Assembly: GCA_963932905.1 (NCBI GenBank)
Contig: CAWVRN010000012.1
Location: forward strand, 32,001 to 96,000
DNA: 64,000 nt
Source of the DNA: an uncultured Bdellovibrio sp.
GTDB lineage: Bacteria; Bdellovibrionota; Bdellovibrionia; Bdellovibrionales; Bdellovibrionaceae
Direction: 5' to 3'
In this document: piece after piece, positions 26,877-36,873 of the stretch
Layout of the letters: each line of letters opens with the position of its first letter
Numbering within the stretch: position 1 is the first letter of the stretch
Notes under the pieces: model-generated
The model's database searches: none
Seen by the model: only the letters and a program-made list of their open reading frames with translations
Told to the model about the DNA's origin: nothing
Made by a program: the position numbers and the translations under genes

Positions 26877-28330
26877 GGACACCAAGGGGCCGTGTCCATT
26901 TGTTCTAACGATTCTTCATAAAAGTAAAAGTTAGATGGCTTTGCTCGTGAAACAGAACCAACTTGGTTGCCGATGATGGTGAATACAAAATGTCCTTCTG
27001 TCGTAGTGTGCGTTAGGCGTTTTGAAGTTTGCACCAAATTCGAATCAAACTTAACGTCAACTTGAGGCTCGATAAATAGTGCACGTTTTACCGAACGTAC
27101 ATTTTTATTGGCGCCCGAAACGGTAGAGCCGGAGGACAGTTCACCTTGATTCCATTTTTTAGGATTCGTAATACATTTAGGGACAACAGAATAGCGATGG
27201 TAGTCCTTGTCCTTAACGATATCTAAAATAAACAGTGAAGATTGAAACGCGGACGAATTTTTTAACATCTGTATGTATTCGTCCACATTTTTAGCATTAT
27301 CAAATCCAGTCGTGGCTTCCTCTTGGTCGCTGATTGAAGCAGGGATTTTTTGTGCACACGTGGTATTTTCAGCATTGATATCGCGCGGATTCCGGACACA
27401 CAACGCCTGAGTGTACTGAAAATGATCTGGCAAATAATTTGGCAAATCTAGATTCACATTAATTTTAACACTTTTATTAAACGCATCTTTAAACGCGCTA
27501 GATTTCAATATAGTTAAAAATTCAGGTGTCGCATATGACTGAGCAAATCCAATCACTTCGTTGCGAGCGTTCAATACCGGGCTGCCCGAATTGCCTTGTA
27601 TAATACTGCATGGGCTGTATGAATTTTCCGGCTTCACGGCCAGGCCTGTTTCGGCCCATTGGTTGTAATACTTTGAATTTAATAAACTGCCCGTCAGTGT
27701 TTGGCAGCGAGCATAGTCTAAATAGCCATCCAATGTTTTTGAATTCGGAGGAGGATTAACCTTACGAACAGAAACCAGTTGCTTTCCGTCAGTAGGAGAT
27801 GTTGCTAGTGGCAAGACCACACGATTCACCGGTTTGATTCGAAAAAACGCATAGTCAGCGTTGATAGCAAAAACACTGGCCTCTTTAATATTACTTCTGT
27901 AAATAATTTCCGTACATGAACGAATCTCTGTTGGATGTCCGGGCGTTTCAGGAAATCGAATGGCAAGAGTTTCGCCACATGACGAGCGATTTTCCCACAT
28001 TGCGTCCGTAATACAGTGTGAATTCAAAGCCACGATATCATTCGATCCATATAGGAATCCCGTACATCGACCCATTTTATATGAGCTATTTTTGGGAACG
28101 TAGCCATCTCGAGCAAATGCGACTAATCCAATAGATTCGAAATCAGTTTTATTCGATTCGCACTCACTATTTGCGCATTTTAGAATTGCCGCACTTAATT
28201 CTTTGCCGAGCGGACTATTCGCATCGTAAGTTGGAAACGGATCATGCGTTTCCGTGTCGTTGTTTTTAGCGCAACTGATAGTCAGTAAAGCGGCAGATAA
28301 TAATGTGATAGAAAGAAATTTAAACCCCAT
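26873..28330 (-). CDS. Trypsin-like serine protease lipoprotein
   Basis: Lipobox TISC; CTGFL, NSHC, DYA, GNSGSP. Confidence 0.85.
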   Translation of the reverse strand: MGFKFLSITLLSAALLTISCAKNNDTETHDPFPTYDANSPLGKELSAAILKCANSECESNKTDFESIGLVAFARDGYVPKNSSYKMGRCTGFLYGSNDIVALNSHCITDAMWENRSSCGETLAIRFPETPGHPTEIRSCTEIIYRSNIKEASVFAINADYAFFRIKPVNRVVLPLATSPTDGKQLVSVRKVNPPPNSKTLDGYLDYARCQTLTGSLLNSKYYNQWAETGLAVKPENSYSPCSIIQGNSGSPVLNARNEVIGFAQSYATPEFLTILKSSAFKDAFNKSVKINVNLDLPNYLPDHFQYTQALCVRNPRDINAENTTCAQKIPASISDQEEATTGFDNAKNVDEYIQMLKNSSAFQSSLFILDIVKDKDYHRYSVVPKCITNPKKWNQGELSSGSTVSGANKNVRSVKRALFIEPQVDVKFDSNLVQTSKRLTHTTTEGHFVFTIIGNQVGSVSRAKPSNFYFYEESLEQMDTAPWCP

Positions 28331-28456
28331 GTCCCGTCCCCAATTTAAGATGGGTCCGAGCCTAACATAGTCTGTTTAATTTTTCTGAAAAAAGTGGAAA
28401 GATGAAAGGATTTCTGTTTCAAAGGAATTTTTTCAAATGAAACAGTCATTTAAATC

Positions 28457-28479
28457 AACCCCTAGTTTGCCTAGGGGTT
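28457..28479 (-). terminator. Hairpin, probable terminator of the DHS-like gene
   Basis: AACCCCTAG-TTTGC-CTAGGGGTT. Confidence 0.6.
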
Positions 28480-28496
28480 TCAATAAGATAGAAATA

Positions 28497-29468
28497 CTAT
28501 TGGCCTAAAACGTACGCAAAAATCAACGGCGCTACGATAGAAGCGTCTGATTCAATGACAAACTTAGGTGTATCAACAGCTAATTTACCCCACGTAATTT
28601 TCTCGTTAGGGATAGCGCCGCTGTAGGACCCGTATGATGTCGTAGAATCACTGATTTGAGCAAAGTAGCTCCACAAAGGAACTTCCGTGTACTGTAAATC
28701 TTGAGCTAACATAGGAACTACGCAGATTGGGAAATCGCCCGCGATACCGCCGCCGATTTGGAAGAAACCAACTGGGTTTTTAGTCGCAGTGGCCATGTAC
28801 CATTCAGAGAACGCCATCATGTACTCAATGCCGCCTTTAACTAAGTTAGGGCTCTTTAGATCGCCTTTAAGAAGGTGACCAGTAAAGATGTTACCAACAG
28901 TTGAATCTTCCCATCCAGGAACAACCATCGGAAGATTTTTTTCAGCAGCAGCCAACAACCAAGAATCTTTCGGATCGATTTGGTAATACTGCTTTAATTT
29001 TCCAGACAATAAAATTTTGTACATGAATTCATGAGGGAAGAAACGTTGACCTGCTTTTTCAGCCGCAACCCATTCTTCAAGAACCGCTTTTTCGATACGA
29101 CGAATCGCTTCTTCTTCAGGGATGCATGTGTCAGTTACGCGATTTAAATGGCGCTCAAGCAATGCTTGTTCATCTTGTGGAGTTAAGTCGCGGTAGTTAG
29201 GGATCACTTCGTAATGATCATGCGCTACCAAGTTAAATACGTCTTCTTCAAGGTTCGCACCAGTACAAGAAATCGCGTGGATTTTACCTTGGCGAATCAT
29301 TTCAGCTACGCTGATACCCAGTTCAGCCGAGCTCATCGCTCCAGCCATAGTTAGAAGAACTTTACCATTATTGTTGATCAAAGTTTTGTAACCTTGAGCC
29401 GCATCTTTCAACGCACGAGCATTGAAATGGCGATAGTGGTGATCGATAAAATTAGAAATTGTAGACAT
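28497..29468 (-). CDS. Deoxyhypusine synthase-like protein
   Basis: TGANLEED, QIGGG, SYSGA.PNEKITWGK, ESDA. Confidence 0.93.
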   Translation of the reverse strand: MSTISNFIDHHYRHFNARALKDAAQGYKTLINNNGKVLLTMAGAMSSAELGISVAEMIRQGKIHAISCTGANLEEDVFNLVAHDHYEVIPNYRDLTPQDEQALLERHLNRVTDTCIPEEEAIRRIEKAVLEEWVAAEKAGQRFFPHEFMYKILLSGKLKQYYQIDPKDSWLLAAAEKNLPMVVPGWEDSTVGNIFTGHLLKGDLKSPNLVKGGIEYMMAFSEWYMATATKNPVGFFQIGGGIAGDFPICVVPMLAQDLQYTEVPLWSYFAQISDSTTSYGSYSGAIPNEKITWGKLAVDTPKFVIESDASIVAPLIFAYVLGQ

Positions 29469-29527
29469 ACGAAACTCCTCGAATTTTCTAGAGGGAATCG
29501 GATATCACAGTTTCTAGTGCGATACTA

Positions 29528-30652
29528 CTAGTTTTGTAGCGATCCGTCCGTAGGCGGCGTCGGTGTGCCGGCGTAGTCTTTCTTAGCTAAAACTGCTTTC
29601 GATAAGAATCCAAAAATCCGCTCGATAACGTGCATATTGTTTTCTTGAACCATGCCTTCGATAGGATGTTGGGTGTAATTTTTATAGAAGGGTTCGTGAA
29701 AGTCTTTAGGGAATATATCTAAAGCCCAATCCAAATCCTGATCATCTTGATTCTGAAGGGAATCCACGAAACCCCACAGTCCCGCGGGTTTTAAAACACG
29801 CTGACTTTCATTTAACGTTTGCTTGCGCACACCTTCGGGCAATTCGTGATACAGGTAACATGAATAAACCAGATCAAACGTTTCGTTTTTAAATGGCAAG
29901 TCTTCCGCATGCGCCTGAATAAAATTAATGCCTTGTAAATCAGCTAAATTTTCCTGCGTCTTTTTCAAATACGATGAGCTCATGTCAGAGGCGGTTATTT
30001 TGGCTTTGGGAAACGTCAGTTTCATAAATCGAGTCAGGATGCCTGTGCCGCAGCCCAGTTCTAGGAACTGCATGCCTTCACCGTCATTCGGGATTTGTTT
30101 CTTCAATAGTGGCAGGATCAAGCGGCGCATAGCGTGTGAAGAACCGCCAAACAGGATTTCTACTTGATGGTCGTAAAGTTCAGCTGATTCCGGTGAAAAA
30201 TAGCCATTAGTTTGAAAATGATAATTGCGTTTCGAGTAGTCGGGTGCCGATTGAATATCCGCATCCGCTTTGTCATCAAATTCATGGGCGATTTTATTAG
30301 TGCGACGCCTTGAAATTTTAACGGCGTCAGTGAATACATTCACTAACGATTTAAAATGCTGCAACGGACTTTCCAAATTTAAAACTGAGTAGGGGTAAAC
30401 ACCCGACGCCATGTTTTCTGCATCTTGTTTCAAAAGTTCAAAAACTTTGGCATAGGTTAACGAGACTTTTTCGCGATCCAAGTTTTTATACGGTTTGTTT
30501 TTTCGATTAACGGCGAATTCGATCCAAGGAATCGCCCATTGTTCAGCCGCGTAACTGGCCGAGCGACCTAACGAGTACAGCAGGGCTGCATTCTTTTTAA
30601 CTTCGGGTAATTCGGAATCCAGTCGTTGTTTAAGCTGATCAAAAACCATCAT
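29528..30652 (-). CDS. Class I SAM-dependent methyltransferase
   Basis: NYHFQTNGY, LELGCGTG, LPF...FD, YHELP, FHEPFY. Confidence 0.9.
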   Translation of the reverse strand: MMVFDQLKQRLDSELPEVKKNAALLYSLGRSASYAAEQWAIPWIEFAVNRKNKPYKNLDREKVSLTYAKVFELLKQDAENMASGVYPYSVLNLESPLQHFKSLVNVFTDAVKISRRRTNKIAHEFDDKADADIQSAPDYSKRNYHFQTNGYFSPESAELYDHQVEILFGGSSHAMRRLILPLLKKQIPNDGEGMQFLELGCGTGILTRFMKLTFPKAKITASDMSSSYLKKTQENLADLQGINFIQAHAEDLPFKNETFDLVYSCYLYHELPEGVRKQTLNESQRVLKPAGLWGFVDSLQNQDDQDLDWALDIFPKDFHEPFYKNYTQHPIEGMVQENNMHVIERIFGFLSKAVLAKKDYAGTPTPPTDGSLQN

Positions 30653-30868
30653 AAATCCTCCGTAGGTATGCGCTCTGAAAGATCATAATGGAATATAGGG
30701 GAAATTTAAAGTTTAAGTCTTGAGAGTTTCTAATTTTAACTGTTTTTCTTGCTTTTTCTTGTCAATTTTCAGTTTTAACCATTGGCGGAAGACTAAAAAT
30801 AAAATCGTGAAACCTAATGTTAGGATTCCGAGGAAAAATAAAGACATTAATGTAATACCGATCATTGT

Positions 30869-31747
30869 TTACTCCGCCAGTTTTTGAGAATCAGAATTAA
30901 TAACTTGTTTCACTATCCAAGACGCCGCCGCTAAACCAAATGCACCGGTGACAAACGAAGCTGAACCATTAATTAAATTTTTATTGTCGCAAGTATTAAA
31001 TCCATTTTGCCCTTGAGGACAAACGCATTTAAACCCTTGTCCGTTATCATACGCCAGATCCACTGGCATGGTCGGGTGTTCAGGTGACCAAACACATGTA
31101 ATGCCGAAATCGCCCGAGATTTTTGGAAAGCCATACTCTTGGCGCAAGATACGACGAACAGCGACGCACATGGGGTCGACTTCAGTGGAAGCTAGGTCCG
31201 TAATTTTGATGCAGGTTGGGTCCATTTTCGCTGCGGAACCGCCCGATGTGATTGTTTTAATTTTTTTCTCTTTCAACGTCGCCAGCAAGTGGCATTTCGC
31301 AGTCATATTGTCCGAAGCATCGAAAACATAGTCTGGATTTTTAGCTAAGATTTCTTCGCTGGTGTCCTTGTTGTAAAATATCGGCATGGCTTCCACTTGA
31401 ATTTGTGGATTAATTTTTTGAATACGTTCCGCCATCACAACGGCTTTCTTTTTACCGATCATCCCGGAAATTGAATGCAGCTGACGGTTAGTATTCGTAA
31501 TGCAAACTTCGTCGTAATCAACCAAAGTCATTTTGCCAACGCCTGAACGCGCTAACGATTCTGCGGCCCATGAACCCACGCCGCCAAGACCAATAATCAT
31601 CACGTGCGTGTGCGCTAGTTTTTCCATATTCGCATCGCCAATCAAGCGACCCATACGATCAAAGCGACGGTGCATCACGTATGGTGATTCCTGTATTTGC
31701 GTAGGAGAGGGTGGTGCTTGAGTTGGTTGTGTCTGGTCCGTTTGCAT
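30869..31747 (-). CDS. tcdA: tRNA threonylcarbamoyladenosine dehydratase (ThiF/E1-like)
   Basis: GLGGVGSWAAESLARSGVG, D.D.V..TN.NRQ, DP, S.E, FVTGAFG. Confidence 0.88.
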   Translation of the reverse strand: MQTDQTQPTQAPPSPTQIQESPYVMHRRFDRMGRLIGDANMEKLAHTHVMIIGLGGVGSWAAESLARSGVGKMTLVDYDEVCITNTNRQLHSISGMIGKKKAVVMAERIQKINPQIQVEAMPIFYNKDTSEEILAKNPDYVFDASDNMTAKCHLLATLKEKKIKTITSGGSAAKMDPTCIKITDLASTEVDPMCVAVRRILRQEYGFPKISGDFGITCVWSPEHPTMPVDLAYDNGQGFKCVCPQGQNGFNTCDNKNLINGSASFVTGAFGLAAASWIVKQVINSDSQKLAE

Positions 31748-31786
31748 TCTAAACCTTTCCGTTCTTTTCCGGGGGTGTCTTTTGAT

Positions 31787-32605
31787 TCATCTTCGACAAA
31801 AGACTCTTAAAAAGTTTCTGCTACTTATATCAAGAATTTCCTCGGCGTCCATATTTCTTAGCTCACCTATAGTTTTTGCAACATCTAATAGGGTTTTAGG
31901 CGGGTTTTCGCCCTTATTATAAGCAGGAGGAGGCTGGTCAGGGGAATCTGTTTCTAAACATAGGAATTCTAACGGCAAATTCTGAGCTAACTTACGGGCT
32001 TTCTTATTCTTCTCGTGGCATACCGGGCCGCCAACGGAAATCAGCAGACCTTGCTTGGTCCAAAACTCTGATTGTTCAATACTGCCGCTATAAGAATGCA
32101 GCAGTCCGCGTTTGGTTTTAGGCGCCCACAGTGAAAATATGCGTTCTGTTTCCGGGTGAGCCTGCACGATATGGAACACCATCGGCAATCCCGTCCAATC
32201 GGCTAGCTCGATCTGAGTTTCCAGCGCGTGGATCTGGGAATCCTTGCCTTTTTCGATATAGGCTGGTCGAAAATCCAACCCCATTTCACCGACGGCTAGC
32301 AGAGCACCGGTCTTTTGTTGCTGGCCCAGCAGTCGAGCCAGTTGATCTAAAATCGGATCCAGTTCGTCCACGGTCTTAGAGGCCGCAAAATAGGGATGTA
32401 CGCCAAAGCACAAGCCTATTTGATTTGGCAGCCGTTGATGCAGTTCAAGTTGGCGATTCCAGTCGTCGGGATCAATGCCACCTTGCATGAAGAATCCAAT
32501 ACCTTTGGCCTCGGCTTCGGGGACCCATTGCGCTAAAAGTTCCGGCGAGTCTCCTAGGACTTTGGCAAGGTGGTTGTGACTGTCGATATGGCCTTTTATT
32601 TTCAT
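31787..32605 (-). CDS. tatD: TatD-family hydrolase
   Basis: DSHNH, GVHP, GEMGLD, HSYSG, ETDSP. Confidence 0.9.
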   Translation of the reverse strand: MKIKGHIDSHNHLAKVLGDSPELLAQWVPEAEAKGIGFFMQGGIDPDDWNRQLELHQRLPNQIGLCFGVHPYFAASKTVDELDPILDQLARLLGQQQKTGALLAVGEMGLDFRPAYIEKGKDSQIHALETQIELADWTGLPMVFHIVQAHPETERIFSLWAPKTKRGLLHSYSGSIEQSEFWTKQGLLISVGGPVCHEKNKKARKLAQNLPLEFLCLETDSPDQPPPAYNKGENPPKTLLDVAKTIGELRNMDAEEILDISSRNFLRVFCRR

Positions 32606-32665
32606 AAAACTAGTCTACTGTTTCCCGGGTTAAGCGTCGAAAGAACTAAGTATATCGAGGTACTT

Positions 32666-33703
32666 ATGAAGTCAAAAAACAAGTCATTTGATTATGAAAT
32701 AAAAATGGAAAACGGCCCAATATTAAAGCCCGTGGCGGTTGAGTTCTATAAGAACCACGATCGTGATCACAAGCCGCATAAGCCATTTAAGTACCATTCC
32801 GATATATTGGTGGCATTAAGCTTTACAAACATTTTAAAAACTCTGGATAAAGAGTGCGTGTACGACCTAGATTCCTCGATGGATTTCTGGCGCGCGATGG
32901 AACCACACTACGAACTATACGGTCGTTCAAGAAAACGTGTGGTGGCCTTAACCGAACGCACGGAAACAGTTCCGTCTAACTTAACAGAAAAGATCGAACA
33001 AAAGTGGAACAACATTTTATCTGATGTGTTCTCAAAAGAAAAAATCAATTTGCAAGAACTTCAGCAATTGATCCCGCTAGTAGATTACTTAGAAGACCAT
33101 TTGCAGAAACCATTATTATATAATTTTTCTCTTTCATTTTCTCCAGAATTCCAGCAACGACTGTTGTTGTTATTCTCGCTGCTATCAAATGTGCGTGGAC
33201 TTGTGGCTTTGGATCACAATTCATTTATCGAGGATGCTAGTCACGAAGCTATCAAAATCGATTCGATTACGGATTATTTGGCGAAACCAGAATATGTAGT
33301 GAACGATGCTTTGCTATATTTCCAATTCAAAAAATTGTTTGCGCCATTTGTAACGGGTCGTTCAAGTGATGTTAAGATTGATAAATTATTGTATCGACCT
33401 TTGGAATCTCATTTCCAAAAGTTTTCACACAATGCATGTCAACTAGTAGAAAACTTACCGCAAGCTTTCTTGGGGCAATTAAATCCGATGGAATTAGAAC
33501 AAGCTCTGTATCTGATCCAAATGGATTGGTTACTTGGCTCAGAAGGCGGTTTGATTTTCAAAATCCGCGAAGAACTTTTTGGCCTGCAAGACGGCTACGA
33601 GAAAATCTTCTGGCCAGAATACGATTTCCACGGCCACAAGCATTCAACTCGCTTGCACGTATGCTGCCACGCCAGTTTCGAAGTCGATAAAAAAGCAGCC
33701 TAA
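32666..33703 (+). CDS. Hypothetical protein
   Basis: Long ORF with host-like codon use; GAGG RBS before ATG 32666. Confidence 0.75.
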   Translation: MKSKNKSFDYEIKMENGPILKPVAVEFYKNHDRDHKPHKPFKYHSDILVALSFTNILKTLDKECVYDLDSSMDFWRAMEPHYELYGRSRKRVVALTERTETVPSNLTEKIEQKWNNILSDVFSKEKINLQELQQLIPLVDYLEDHLQKPLLYNFSLSFSPEFQQRLLLLFSLLSNVRGLVALDHNSFIEDASHEAIKIDSITDYLAKPEYVVNDALLYFQFKKLFAPFVTGRSSDVKIDKLLYRPLESHFQKFSHNACQLVENLPQAFLGQLNPMELEQALYLIQMDWLLGSEGGLIFKIREELFGLQDGYEKIFWPEYDFHGHKHSTRLHVCCHASFEVDKKAA

Positions 33704-33707
33704 TTCG

Positions 33708-34471
33708 GGTGCCAGCCTACTTTTCCGGACTCAACGTGTCCAATTTTTCCAAGGTTAATACTGGCAGGTAGATGTCTTTGCATTTTTAAAAAATTATGCC
33801 GAGACCCTTAGTGATTCAACAATCCGAATTTCCCTACAACATCAGCGCTCGATGTATCAACAGAGAGTGGTTTAGTATACCGATGGAAGATGTATGGGGC
33901 ATCTTCTCTGAGGAATTGACTCGAACTTGCCAAAAACACAATTTGCAGGTGCATTCCTTTGTACTGATGAGTAATCATTTTCATCTTATCGCCTCAACTC
34001 CAGAGGCTAACATAAGTCAGTGCATGTTTCAGTTTGTCGGCCAATCCAGCAGACGGCTAGCTAAAAAGGGAAATAGAATCAACGAGACGTTTGCTGGGCG
34101 ACACTATAAATGCATATTGCAACACCCGAACTATTTTTTAAACGCGTACAAATACAATTACCGAAATCCGGTGAATGCCGGTATTTGTGAGTCCGTTGAG
34201 AGCTATCACTACAGCACTCTTCCCGCTGTGATGAAGTTTGCGCAGCCGACAATTCCTCTTCTGGAAGACATCACCTTCAATTCGGATCCCGAGGGTACAT
34301 TGAAGTGGCTTAACGAAGCGCCGGCACCTGATAAATTAGAAGCGGTAAGATGTGGACTGCGACATCAATATTTTAAGTCTAAGAAAGATCGAAACTTAAA
34401 CAAACCCATATTGGTCGATCATGAGATTTTATAACTTTTTCGCAACGAGTCCGGAAAAGTAGGCTGGCACC
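33708..34471. mobile_element. RAYT locus bounded by perfect 25-bp inverted repeats
   Basis: GGTGCCAGCCTACTTTTCCGGACTC 33708-33732 and exact reverse complement 34447-34471. Confidence 0.9.
33796..34434 (+). CDS. REP-associated tyrosine transposase (RAYT; HUH/Y1, IS200/IS605 superfamily)
   Basis: MPR...PY....R..N; FVLMSNHFHL (HUH); KYNYRNPV.AG; YHYST. Confidence 0.9.
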   Translation: MPRPLVIQQSEFPYNISARCINREWFSIPMEDVWGIFSEELTRTCQKHNLQVHSFVLMSNHFHLIASTPEANISQCMFQFVGQSSRRLAKKGNRINETFAGRHYKCILQHPNYFLNAYKYNYRNPVNAGICESVESYHYSTLPAVMKFAQPTIPLLEDITFNSDPEGTLKWLNEAPAPDKLEAVRCGLRHQYFKSKKDRNLNKPILVDHEIL

Positions 34472-35118
34472 TAACGGAAATCGATCGGGTTGATTTCTAA
34501 ATTTCTTAGACTGCGGAAGTCAGGATTCAGGTAGTCAGCTGTCTGTTGCTTGTTCTTGTAACCGAGCACACGGTAGCTCCAGCCTTGTGATGAGCTAATT
34601 TTCCTTAGTAAGAAACAGATCGCATCGCCGACTTCGTACGTATTCGTTTGCACACGAATGATCATATTGTCCGGTGTTTCATCTGTCTTCACCGTTAAAT
34701 CGGTGCAAGGACCCAGCACAGACACACGATTCTCAACCTGTTTCACTTCGCCTACGCATAATACAACGTGGGCGTTCGGAGTTGGGTCAGACGATTTCTT
34801 TTTGTGATGCTGGTAATTAGCATAGTAAATTTTTTCAATCGGGTTCAGTTTTGATTCATCGACCGCTTTAATTTTTTGTTCGATCTGAATATCTTCCGCA
34901 ATGTGATCATCGGCACTGCCGGGGATCTTTGTGATCTTGCGTTTCACTTGATAAATCTTGCCCGGGATTAAACTTATTTTCTTCAGCGGTGGGGTCAGCT
35001 CAAAGTACGTGTAGGCATCGATGCGCAGATCATAGCCCAACATCAATACGCCGTCTTTAAAATCGAAGAACGAGTCGATTAGTAATATTAAATAATCTTC
35101 TTCACGGACCAGGCTCAA
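34471..35118 (-). CDS. Hypothetical protein
   Basis: 215-aa ORF coupled to the DedA gene (4-bp overlap). Confidence 0.7.
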   Translation of the reverse strand: MSLVREEDYLILLIDSFFDFKDGVLMLGYDLRIDAYTYFELTPPLKKISLIPGKIYQVKRKITKIPGSADDHIAEDIQIEQKIKAVDESKLNPIEKIYYANYQHHKKKSSDPTPNAHVVLCVGEVKQVENRVSVLGPCTDLTVKTDETPDNMIIRVQTNTYEVGDAICFLLRKISSSQGWSYRVLGYKNKQQTADYLNPDFRSLRNLEINPIDFR

Positions 35119-35810
35119 GCAGTCTGTCCTCGCTTGCGATTTTGATATTTGCGGAATAGGAAAATAATCAAGGCTACCACGGCAACGGCCCCTACGACCA
35201 TTTTAAAACGTGAGAAATAAACTAAAATTTCTTTTCCATAGTGAGCCAGTAAATAAATCTGAGTCGGGACGCTGACTAAAGCTGCCAGCCCATCGATCAT
35301 TGCAAACTTCCATGCCGAAAACTTTAGCATGCCCGTCGCTAAGTGACCGGGGAAGCGCACGCCGGGAGTAAAGCGGAAAACGAAAACGGCAAAGTTACCA
35401 TATTTTTTAGTCCAATTTTCAACTCGTTCAATACTGGCTTCTGAAATCAGCTTGCGAGCGCGGGGATGATATAAAATTTTGCGACCCCATTTGCGCCCTA
35501 CAAAATAAATCAGAAAATCGCTACCAAAAACGGCCAAGAAAGAAATCGCAGCGGCTTCGTGAACATTCACTACGGGGGCGCCAGGATAAGGAGGTGGAAA
35601 TAAATCTGGACGTGAACCCATGAAGGCTAAAAAACCAACCGAAACTAAAGTGACTTCTTCGGGCATTGGAAAACCTACCGCCGAAGCCACCATCATAAGC
35701 ACGATCCCTATATAGACCATGTTCGGTTGGTAAGCGAACTGGGAAAACCATTGAAATACTTCGTGATTAAATATGCCGTCCAATGCAACCTCGAAAATGA
35801 ATTCAGCCAA
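35115..35810 (-). CDS. DedA family membrane protein
   Basis: GFPMPEE..L..G, SD...Y..GR..G, RFTPGVR motifs. Confidence 0.92.
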   Translation of the reverse strand: MAEFIFEVALDGIFNHEVFQWFSQFAYQPNMVYIGIVLMMVASAVGFPMPEEVTLVSVGFLAFMGSRPDLFPPPYPGAPVVNVHEAAAISFLAVFGSDFLIYFVGRKWGRKILYHPRARKLISEASIERVENWTKKYGNFAVFVFRFTPGVRFPGHLATGMLKFSAWKFAMIDGLAALVSVPTQIYLLAHYGKEILVYFSRFKMVVGAVAVVALIIFLFRKYQNRKRGQTA

Positions 35811-35903
35811 TTTCAGCAGCTAGAAATAAAAATATAATATATCTTTTGTGGATAGTATATGCATAAATAGTCGATTTTCTATCCAGGGTATCGTCTAGGA
35901 GCA

Positions 35904-36866
35904 GTGAATAAAACAATGAATGATGTATCTATCACTTATAAATTTTCAGGACATTTAAACTCGAATCTATTTGTCCGCGCCAGTAATAAAGCATCTGTTA
36001 CGCATGTTTGGTCCAGCCATCTAGTGCCAATTGTGAACCAGCATTTTTCAGAATCCACCCTGCACGACATCAAAGGATCGCGATCTTGGGACGAATGTCT
36101 AAAGCAGTTGTTGAAAATAGGGGCAGTGTACTTGGATCAAAAGCGCATGACCGGCGATTTTGAGATGGATGCAAACAATGTTGTACGTTTTCATTTGCTA
36201 CCTCGTAGGTACGATCCCAATCTATTAGATGTCCGGCGCGATATTATTTTCCAAAACGAAGATTTTTTAGTTGTGAACAAGCCAGCGTTGTTGCCGGTAC
36301 ATCCCACTCTAGACAACACGGTCGAAAACCTGCTTTCGCTTTTGCAACAACAATTAAAATCACCGATATACGGTTTACATCGACTCGATTTGGAAACAAC
36401 CGGTTTAATTTTGTTTGCGAAAACAGAATCAGCAATGATGCATTTCCAAAAATTATTTGAGGGTCGCGAAATTAAAAAAATATATAAGGCGGTCGTTTTT
36501 GGTTCTAACTCTCGGTTAGGATATTATCGACATTGGATGGAAAAGAACCCTAGGTCGCCCAAGAAAATTAGTTCGACGGAATTACCAAACTACATGCCGA
36601 TTGAATTAAATATCTTAAACCAAATGCCTTTCGCACTAGATGCGCGCGCCACTATTTTAGACATCGAATTGCTAACCGGTAAGACTCATCAAATTCGGTC
36701 GCAGATGGCGCATATAGGATTTCCATTAATCGGGGATAGCATGTATGGCGGCCCCGATTTCGAAAACGAAAAATTTAATCATTTCTTGCTGCATGCTAAT
36801 GAATTGCAGTTTATAGATTCGCGTGGAGTTGAGCGTTCGTTCCATGTTAAACCAAGTTGGCTATAG
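35904..36866 (+). CDS. RluA-family pseudouridine synthase
   Basis: VVNKPA.LPVHP, HRLDLETTG, LLTGKTHQIR, PLIGD.MYG, LHA. Confidence 0.93.
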   Translation: MNKTMNDVSITYKFSGHLNSNLFVRASNKASVTHVWSSHLVPIVNQHFSESTLHDIKGSRSWDECLKQLLKIGAVYLDQKRMTGDFEMDANNVVRFHLLPRRYDPNLLDVRRDIIFQNEDFLVVNKPALLPVHPTLDNTVENLLSLLQQQLKSPIYGLHRLDLETTGLILFAKTESAMMHFQKLFEGREIKKIYKAVVFGSNSRLGYYRHWMEKNPRSPKKISSTELPNYMPIELNILNQMPFALDARATILDIELLTGKTHQIRSQMAHIGFPLIGDSMYGGPDFENEKFNHFLLHANELQFIDSRGVERSFHVKPSWL

Positions 36867-36873
36867 GGTGTAA

